This document shows positions 37,967-45,007 of a DNA stretch of 64,000 bases, piece by piece; the stretch's first letter is position 1; the number at the start of each line of letters is the position of its first letter. The notes beneath the pieces were generated by a model, which ran no database searches, had not been told where the DNA came from, and was given only the letters and a program-made list of their open reading frames with translations. The DNA lies in IMG/VR virus record IMGVR_UViG_3300045999_010308, positions 1-64,000 of that record. One strand, written 5' to 3'. The position numbers were made by a program, and so were the translations under genes. Origin of the DNA: an uncultured virus (IMG/VR IMGVR_UViG_3300045999_010308) (taxonomy: Duplodnaviria; Heunggongvirae; Uroviricota; Caudoviricetes).

Positions 37967-40228
37967 CTAGCTGATCGTTGCTAGTGATTCTTTAAAAGGC
38001 ACTGGATAACTTGAATTTTGAAAAACCCGTACTGTGTAAGCCGATTGGACTGACCCCCAGTCGGCTATCTGTTGCGATTCTGTGTAAACGACGCTTCGGG
38101 TCGATGGTACTGACCATTCTCGTTTTACTGTGTCCCCGTCGTAAATTCTGACTACATAGCTGTCCAATTCTCCTGCTGCGTAAGCAATGTCGATATAGTC
38201 GATCCAACGACCATTTAACCGCGTCCGTCGATACCAAGTAATAATTAAATCGTTGTTATCTTTTTCGCCTCTTACAGCACAAGGGAAAGGCTTCAATCCT
38301 TCTAGGGTGATTGTGTGAGCAATCTCGTCTTCTATATCAGTTTCAAGTAGTCCATTAGGAACTACTTTTAATAAATATTCTCGATTAATATCAGAAAGAT
38401 TTAAGGGGAATCGAACTAAATAATTAGTTAGTAACACAAATTTTTCCCCTATTATATGCCTAGAAATAACTGGTTCAGTTCCTTTGACTCCACGAATTGT
38501 ATATGAAATATCAAAGGTTAAGGGATTGTTGGACACAATAGCAGCATTTTTAAAAGCTATAATTTCTCCGGTAGAGAACCAACCTAATTGTTTGCCCGAT
38601 AGAAATGTTTCAAGAGTGACTGGCTCTAATTCCCCTGAATTCATGCTTACTCGTATCCAGTTTGAATCGTCAATAAAACTAGGAGAAGCGTTGTTAAAAT
38701 TTGGGGAGAAGCTTAATACAGTACCAGTTGTGCTGTTGATGATATTGCCAGCAGCAAAATCATAACTTAAGCCGTTGTCATCGGAATAAAATAAGGCTCC
38801 TCTGTTAAAACTAGAGTTACCTTCAATTGCCACATAAATTCCTATGTCTGTATCTCGGGTATCAACTATTGGGCATTCAATAGGAATAGCGTTAGCGCGT
38901 CCGTAGGGACGAGGGCTGTTATTGTCTGGTGGAAATTCGTTATCTATAGGAATATCTGGTGAATATCCTACTCCTTGAAATCGAGTAGCTTCAATTTCAA
39001 TTAAATAATTTACACCTCTTACTTTCTTTGTAATTTGCATCAATTCCTGATGATAATTGTTATTATCATCGGTAAAAATTACATCCCCAACTTTCAAATT
39101 TTCCCATGCTGGCAATAAAAACATTTTTGAAAAAGTTTTTGATTGCGTTTTCCCTAAAAAAAGAATTTTTGAAGCAATATTCATGAAAAGCGTATCTACA
39201 TCTATTAACTTAGTTTGAAAACTAAGCTCGTTTGTGTGAGTATCTGATGGGTCTTTAGCTACTACGGTAATAGTTTCATGATTTTTTAAAACATTTAGTC
39301 CAGATACTGTAACGGCACTAGGAGTTTCTCTAAAATGAGTCAGTTTTTTCTCATTAATGTCAATAGGATTTTCTCCAAATTTTTTAGATCCAAAAGAGCT
39401 TTTAGGGATAAAAATAGGATCAGATAATTGTTCTTGTCTTTTAAAAATGATTTTATCTTTTGGCTCCCTTGCTACAATAAAAAAAGCTCTCATAAGTTCT
39501 TCTAACTGATCAGCAAAAGATGTCCCATCAAACAATAAATCAAATCCTTGAATTCGGTAATCATCAGGAATGTCAGTCACATCAATTTGATCGTCTTTTC
39601 TACTAGCTAATTTACAAATAGTTTTCAAAATATCTTTTATTTTTGGATTGTCTTCACTTTCTCCAATCACCTCAATATCAATAGCAGGAAATCCAGTGCC
39701 GTCATAGTTAGCAATCGGATAATTATCGAAAATTAAAAAAGACATTCCAGTAAAAGCAGGTACTGGATTAGATTCTTTTGATTGAATTACTGACGATGGT
39801 GTAGTTTGATTGCCAGTATAAATAGTTGTATGCTCAATAAACTTTAGGCTTTTTTCGTCATTAGTTTCGGAATTGTAAACGAGGACGCTGTTCATCCAAA
39901 CCCGCCTAACAGAGCCAATTTTTCTAGCAATTGGATAAGCAGCTGTCAGAAAATAAGTGTAAACTTCGGTAGTTTGCCCACCACCACCACCTTTTCCGCC
40001 TTGTCTTTCGGTCGTGACGACTTCCTTAAGAGGAATCCCCCACATCATAGTTAGCCCTTCTTTCCTCACTTTTCCAAAAGGATAGGATAGGCTTTTACCG
40101 TATTCAGCATCGGGAAAACCAGTATCCTCAATTTTTCCTTTTTGTTGGGTAGGAGGTTTAGGAGCAAATAGAGATAATAATAGGTTAGCTCCGATTCCTA
40201 TCGCTACGGGAATGAGAAAATTAGCCAC
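37967..40228 (-). CDS. GTA-like tail tip/host-specificity protein (phage-tail_3/J-like)
   Basis: YG..L...FG, RRVW.N, PAF.G, RG.KGT, ITW.RRTR..G.W. Confidence 0.8.
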   Translation of the reverse strand: MANFLIPVAIGIGANLLLSLFAPKPPTQQKGKIEDTGFPDAEYGKSLSYPFGKVRKEGLTMMWGIPLKEVVTTERQGGKGGGGGQTTEVYTYFLTAAYPIARKIGSVRRVWMNSVLVYNSETNDEKSLKFIEHTTIYTGNQTTPSSVIQSKESNPVPAFTGMSFLIFDNYPIANYDGTGFPAIDIEVIGESEDNPKIKDILKTICKLASRKDDQIDVTDIPDDYRIQGFDLLFDGTSFADQLEELMRAFFIVAREPKDKIIFKRQEQLSDPIFIPKSSFGSKKFGENPIDINEKKLTHFRETPSAVTVSGLNVLKNHETITVVAKDPSDTHTNELSFQTKLIDVDTLFMNIASKILFLGKTQSKTFSKMFLLPAWENLKVGDVIFTDDNNNYHQELMQITKKVRGVNYLIEIEATRFQGVGYSPDIPIDNEFPPDNNSPRPYGRANAIPIECPIVDTRDTDIGIYVAIEGNSSFNRGALFYSDDNGLSYDFAAGNIINSTTGTVLSFSPNFNNASPSFIDDSNWIRVSMNSGELEPVTLETFLSGKQLGWFSTGEIIAFKNAAIVSNNPLTFDISYTIRGVKGTEPVISRHIIGEKFVLLTNYLVRFPLNLSDINREYLLKVVPNGLLETDIEDEIAHTITLEGLKPFPCAVRGEKDNNDLIITWYRRTRLNGRWIDYIDIAYAAGELDSYVVRIYDGDTVKREWSVPSTRSVVYTESQQIADWGSVQSAYTVRVFQNSSYPVPFKESLATIS

Positions 40229-40266
40229 GGGTTAAGTAGGTAGAGTGAGTATTTTCTCTATTCTAA

Positions 40267-40339
40267 TAGGTTGAGTAGGAATCGAACCTACCCAAGACGA
40301 ATTATGAGTTCGTTGCCTCAACCGCTCGGCCATCAACCC
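40267..40339 (-). tRNA. tRNA-Met/Ile2 (CAT)
   Basis: GGGTTGA/TCAACCT acceptor, ACGAA-CTCATAA-TTCGT anticodon arm, GTAGG-TTCGATT-CCTAC T-arm. Confidence 0.88.
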
Positions 40340-40344
40340 TTGAC

Positions 40345-40755
40345 CTATTTAGGAAAAAATAAAGTAGGAGAGATATTAAAAAAATCGGCTAATTTTTGAA
40401 CGTGAATATCTGTTATCTCTCGCTGTCTATCAAAAATATCATCTAGGATTGATTGATCCTCAAAAATAGATAATAAGTCTTGCTTTTGCAAGTTCTTTAG
40501 TTCTAACAAAAATTTCAATAGCTCAACTCCATAAATATCAGGTATTGGCTCTTGATTTTCCTCATACTCATAAATCAAAGTTCCTAAAACACTTAAATAC
40601 TCCCTTTCTTCTATTGTCAATTGAATTTTATCTAATATGATTTTATCTAAAAAAGAACTGATAACTCTTTCCGTGTTTTCTAGCTCTTCCTTGTCGTGAA
40701 TAGGACGAGGAGGGTATTGTTTTAATAATTCTAAGTATTTATTTGTATCAAACAT
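40345..40755 (-). CDS. HigA-like antitoxin/HTH regulator (no cognate toxin adjacent)
   Basis: YPPRPI...E.E...L..LI..YE...LKFLL....LQKQDL...R.IT..H..KLA.FF. Confidence 0.8.
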   Translation of the reverse strand: MFDTNKYLELLKQYPPRPIHDKEELENTERVISSFLDKIILDKIQLTIEEREYLSVLGTLIYEYEENQEPIPDIYGVELLKFLLELKNLQKQDLLSIFEDQSILDDIFDRQREITDIHVQKLADFFNISPTLFFPK

Positions 40756-40783
40756 AGTGTGACTTTAATCGCTGTAACTTTTT

Positions 40784-40812
40784 ATTATAGGTCAAGTCTT
40801 TGATTTTGTCAA
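40784..40812 (-). promoter_or_regulatory. consensus sigma70 promoter
   Basis: perfect TTGACA-17-TATAAT. Confidence 0.75.
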
Positions 40813-40828
40813 TATGTTTGATTTTAAG

Positions 40829-40911
40829 TGGGTTGGGCTGGATTTGCACCAGCGTGGAATTAAATCTACAGATTTACAGTCTGTCACCTTCGGCTACTCG
40901 GTCACTAACCC
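40829..40911 (-). tRNA. tRNA-Tyr (GTA)
   Basis: GGGTTAG/CCAACCC acceptor, ACAGA-CTGTAAA-TCTGT anticodon arm, long variable region, GCTGG-TGCAAAT-CCAGC T-arm. Confidence 0.85.
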
Positions 40912-40941
40912 TTGTTTAAATTTATCTTACCACAATTAAAG

Positions 40942-41190
40942 TTATTTGTCTATAGTTTTGATAAAAAAATAAATTAGATTTACTTTTTCCGATGTCAGTG
41001 TTTTGATTTTCATTAAGATTTCTATTAATTTATCCTTAAGTTCTTTTTTAGTGGGTTCTGTGTCAGTTGGTTTGTAAATGAAAGTTTTAGCACTCCCATC
41101 TTGTTCTATTTTAATCAAAGTGTATTTTTCCATTGTTTTGTTCTTCAATAAGAAATCCTGATATATCAAAATGATATTCACTGTCACCAT
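40942..41190 (-). CDS. hypothetical protein
   Basis: ORF downstream of array 1; real start may be MEKYTL. Confidence 0.45.
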   Translation of the reverse strand: MVTVNIILIYQDFLLKNKTMEKYTLIKIEQDGSAKTFIYKPTDTEPTKKELKDKLIEILMKIKTLTSEKVNLIYFFIKTIDK

Positions 41191-41203
41191 TTTGAGAAAC
41201 TAC

Positions 41204-42264
41204 CCTGCAATCTACTTAACAAGTCAAGCCGATTGTTACAAAAACCAGTAAATGCGATGGTGAAGGTAGCTTTTTCCTTGCAATCTACTTAACAAGTCAA
41301 GCCGATTGTTACCCTTAGTGGCGAAGGTTTCCCCTGAGATGAAGCGTCACTTGCAATCTACTTAACAAGTCAAGCCGATTGTTACGAAAAGCGAGGGGAA
41401 ACCGCGGCCACAATCTTAAGAGACTTGCAATCTACTTAACAAGTCAAGCCGATTGTTACTGTGGGGAGGGTTCCCCAGATTGTCGGTATAGTACCCTTGC
41501 AATCTACTTAACAAGTCAAGCCGATTGTTACGGAAAAGGAAAGATTCACTTGACAGATTCCAAGAGAAACTTGCAATCTACTTAACAAGTCAAGCCGATT
41601 GTTACCCCGATCGACCGCGAGTCTCTCTCGACAAAGGGGCTTGCAATCTACTTAACAAGTCAAGCCGATTGTTACCTGATTTTGATAACGTTGATTGGCA
41701 CTGGATAGGTCTTCTTGCAATCTACTTAACAAGTCAAGCCGATTGTTACTAGATGAAATTTTGGCCGCAATTGCTATAAGTAACCCACTTGCAATCTACT
41801 TAACAAGTCAAGCCGATTGTTACTTCGCGGTTTATCAGGCTTAAAACACCCCCATTGTGCTTGCAATCTACTTGACAAGTCAAGCCGATTGTTACTAACT
41901 GATTAAGATCATCGGAGTAGTACACTTCTGTCCTACTTGCAATCTACTTAACAAGTCAAGCCGATTGTTACCAATTGCCTCGATAATTTGATCCTTAGTT
42001 GCCCCTTCATCCTTGCAATCTACTTAACAAGTCAAGCCGATTGTTACCAGTTACCGGCTAGAGTGCCGGGAGTGTGGACGGTTCCAAACTTGCAATCTAC
42101 TTAACAAGTCAAGCCGATTGTTACAGGTTCATTTTGGCAAAATAAGCCAAAATGACGCGCTTGCAATCTACTTAACAAGTCAAGCCGATTGTTACTGGGA
42201 ATACAATTTTGATCGCTCAAGTGCCGGTCTTGCAATCTACTTAACAAGTCAAGCCGATTGTTAC
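41204..42264 (-). CRISPR. CRISPR array 1: 15 repeats (36 bp, GTAACAATCGGCTTGACTTGTTAAGTAGATTGCAAG), 14 spacers of 33-41 bp
   Basis: repeat starts on + at 41204, 41277, 41350, 41424, 41496, 41570, 41640, 41714, 41788, 41860, 41936, 42012, 42089, 42160, 42229; degenerate repeat at 41204 marks the trailer; ATTGCAAG 3' end supports minus orientation. Confidence 0.98.
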
Positions 42265-43946
42265 CCAGTCTCCCAGAGTGTAAGCTGCGTATAGTCTGCG
42301 TTGACTGTTTGCGCGGGTTGCGAGTGGATCGACCTTTTCCTTGTTTTTTTCTTAGGTGTCACTGGCTCGGAGGTCAAAACCAGTAAGGTTTCGAGGGTTT
42401 CTTCCCCAAGTAACAATCGGCTGGACTTGTCAAGTAATTCCTCCTGCGCTGATTCCTTATCGAAATCCTTCAGAGGCTTAACTTCCCCGGTGCAAGCCGG
42501 GTAGCTTCTTACGAAGTCTGCTTTCCCTAAGATGTTGATTGCGGCGGCCACATCTCTGGGTAAAGTACATCCACACTCTAAACATTTATGGGTGCGGGTT
42601 GATAAACTTTTTTTAACACGATTGCCACAGCGAGGACAATCCTGACTGGTGTAAGCTGGTTGAACTTTGATAAACTCTCGGTTGGGAGTTTTCATTTTCG
42701 TTTCAAGAAAACCAGTTAATTGTCCTAAACTAGCATCAGCAAAGGATTTATTTAATCCCCCTTTGGCTTTCGCGTTATTGCGTTCGTAGCCTTTACCGTC
42801 TTCTCTTTTTTTCGGTTTAGGTCGTCGCATTAAATTCTTTAAGTTGAGGTCTTCTACGGCTACAGCGCCATGATTTCTAGCAATATCGGTACTTAAGGCA
42901 TGATTAAATCCTTTGCGTTGTCTTGCTATTTTTTCGTGAGTTTTGGCAACTTTAGCACGAGTTTTAGCGAGATTTTTGCCGTCTTTATTTTCCCCTGCTT
43001 TATACTGTCTAGCGGTTTTTCTTTGCAGTTTTGCTAGTCTTTTTTGCTGTTTTCTATAGTATTTGGGCGGGTCAATTTGTTGGCCGTCGCTGGTACTAAT
43101 TATATATTCTAGTCCTACGTCAATACCGATTGCTTTATCGGAATCAGGTAGATCATCTACTTCAAATTCACCAAATAGACTTAGATAATATCCCGATGGG
43201 TATTTGATAATTGATACGGTAGAGGCTTTTCTGTCACCCCACCGAATATCTAAGGTATTGTTGATAATTTTTAAATCGCCTAATGTTTTGCCACAGCTAC
43301 CTATAGATATTTTATCCCCTTTTCTAACAGCGCAATCGCTGATCTCAGAATAAAGAGATTTAATTTTATCTTCTTTTCTTTTAAATCTAGGAAGTTTTCT
43401 GTCTAAATTCTTTTTATCGAGTTTGGTGTAAGCTTTCCAAGAATCAGCAAGCTTTTTTAAAACCCCTTTGACAAAAGCCATAGGGATGTCCTTGCATAGC
43501 TCTGGACATTTTTCTTTTGTAATACAGCCACATAACCCAAAATAATTATCAGATTTTAACCGCCGTTGAATAGGGATATGGACAGGATAAGAGTGACCTG
43601 CTTTTTGTCTTTTTTCTCTAGCTATCTGTATTTTAACTTTTTGCTTGCCAGTTAAATATTTGGGGGTGTAAAGGGGATTAGGAAGGGATTTACCTTTTTC
43701 GTTTTTCAGGGAGTCAATAAATTGAGGTTTTTTAGCTAAACGACGTTTAACCCGTTTAACTGGTTTTCCTGTTATTTTCTCAATCTCGTCGTAATACTTA
43801 TTAAGCTGATATTCCATCAGTAGCTCTAGCCCAAAATTCCAGACAGCTTTAAGCTCGTCCATCCAGCGATCAATATAGGCTCGCTGAGTAGCATTAAGGT
43901 TAAGCTTTATGTCCGCAATAGTTTTCTTGACTAGCATGGCTCTCAT
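42261..43946 (-). CDS. TnpB-derived compact type V CRISPR effector 1 (Cas12f/V-U-like), RuvC residues present
   Basis: N-terminal HTH_OrfB-like; RuvC-I GIDVG, RuvC-II VEDL, CPRC/CLEC Zn finger, RuvC-III RDVAAAINI; directly abuts array 1. Confidence 0.88.
   Translation of the reverse strand: MRAMLVKKTIADIKLNLNATQRAYIDRWMDELKAVWNFGLELLMEYQLNKYYDEIEKITGKPVKRVKRRLAKKPQFIDSLKNEKGKSLPNPLYTPKYLTGKQKVKIQIAREKRQKAGHSYPVHIPIQRRLKSDNYFGLCGCITKEKCPELCKDIPMAFVKGVLKKLADSWKAYTKLDKKNLDRKLPRFKRKEDKIKSLYSEISDCAVRKGDKISIGSCGKTLGDLKIINNTLDIRWGDRKASTVSIIKYPSGYYLSLFGEFEVDDLPDSDKAIGIDVGLEYIISTSDGQQIDPPKYYRKQQKRLAKLQRKTARQYKAGENKDGKNLAKTRAKVAKTHEKIARQRKGFNHALSTDIARNHGAVAVEDLNLKNLMRRPKPKKREDGKGYERNNAKAKGGLNKSFADASLGQLTGFLETKMKTPNREFIKVQPAYTSQDCPRCGNRVKKSLSTRTHKCLECGCTLPRDVAAAINILGKADFVRSYPACTGEVKPLKDFDKESAQEELLDKSSRLLLGEETLETLLVLTSEPVTPKKKTRKRSIHSQPAQTVNADYTQLTLWETG
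42410..42436 (-). ncRNA. anti-repeat (tracrRNA candidate) inside effector 1 CDS
   Basis: + strand GTAACAATCGGCTGGACTTGTCAAGTA is 25/27 identical to the 5' part of the crRNA repeat, i.e. inverted relative to the array. Confidence 0.8.
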
Positions 43947-44067
43947 GGATCGACCTTCCTTTATTCTTATTTAAATCTACCACAACCCTACTAGAAATGT
44001 CAAGTAAAAAGTCTAAAGATTTTTTGGGATACCAGTTCCCACATCAGAACCTGTAGCCCAACCCTTA
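43937..44067. repeat. 131-bp perfect direct repeat, copy 1 (promoter + RBS + MRA start)
   Basis: identical to 46832-46962; contains TTGACA-18-TAGATT and AAGGAAGG RBS. Confidence 0.95.
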
Positions 44068-44146
44068 GTTAGGCTAACCATGTTCCCAAGAGAAATCCTA
44101 GTAATAAAGTTGGTATTCCAATAAGATAAATTTCGTGATTTATTAT

Positions 44147-44434
44147 TTATTCTTTATAATTATTAATAGTTTCCCAGAAATAAATCTCTGCTAGTAATTT
44201 ATTTCTTTTAAGTATTAGTTTTTGCCAAAAACGAAAACTTTCAAAAAAGTTATCCCATCCACGAGGGACATCAACAAAAATACTATCTAAAATGATAAGT
44301 AGATACCTCTCGACAAAATTGCGTATTGTTAAGATTAAAGAACGTGGTTTTATTTCCATTTCTTTTAGTTCCGCTTTGGTTAATTTTTTCCTTAAAAATT
44401 GACTAATCTTTTTATCTAGTTGTGTTTGATTCAT
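44147..44434 (-). CDS. hypothetical protein
   Basis: ORF between array 2 and effector 1 promoter. Confidence 0.5.
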   Translation of the reverse strand: MNQTQLDKKISQFLRKKLTKAELKEMEIKPRSLILTIRNFVERYLLIILDSIFVDVPRGWDNFFESFRFWQKLILKRNKLLAEIYFWETINNYKE

Positions 44435-44458
44435 TGTTTTTTTCGGGTTTAATATTTA

Positions 44459-44854
44459 GTTTAATCTTAATAAGGCTTAAGCTTAATTGTTTCACTCAAA
44501 ATCACCCATAGGATGATATTAAGATGGTACGTTTCAATCCCTAATAAGGATTAAGGTTAATTGCTTTAACATATTAATTTGCAAACAATAGCTTCAGATG
44601 AAGTTTCAATCTCTAATAAGGCTTAAGGTTAATTGCTTCATCGCCTAGACTTGAAATAATTCTCAATGATTACATCGTTTCAATCCCTAATAAAGCTTAA
44701 GCTTAATTGCTTCTGTTAAAGGGGAAAAATTGTCATCATACCGTGAGTTTCAACCCCTAATAAGGATTAAGCTTAATTGCTTCGCTAATTGCGACCGGGT
44801 TAATTGGGACTACATTGGTTTCAACCCCTAATAAGGCTTAAGCTTAATTGCTTC
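44459..44854 (-). CRISPR. CRISPR array 2: 6 repeats (37 bp, consensus GAAGCAATTAAGCTTAAGCCTTATTAGGG(A/G)TTGAAAC), 5 spacers of 33-37 bp
   Basis: repeat starts on + at 44459 (degenerate), 44531, 44603, 44677, 44747, 44818; TTGAAAC 3' end on minus strand. Confidence 0.95.
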
Positions 44855-45007
44855 CCATCTTCTTTTAGCCCTTGATGTAAAAGGGTTTCGGGTAAGGATT
44901 GCGCCCCATTCGCTAAAATTTAGTTTTCAAGGTTCTGCTCATTCCAAAAAATCAGGCTAGTAAATCCCAGATCGTAAGTTGGTCGGGGTTTTCGGGGATT
45001 GCGCCCC
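44855..45007 (-). promoter_or_regulatory. leader of CRISPR array 2 (extends into effector 2 CDS)
   Basis: leader-like GAAACCCTTT...AAGGG; GGATTGCGCCCC repeated at 44896 and 44996. Confidence 0.55.

Noticed and set aside
41379..41752. Two + strand ORFs with repeated LAIYLTSQADCY
   Set aside because: Translations of CRISPR repeats, not genes
44784..44817. Possible self-targeting of array 2 spacer to ~59595-59625
   Set aside because: Only ~9 nt (CCCAATTAA) shared, not a protospacer; no spacer self-match was found by eye, though this was not an exhaustive search
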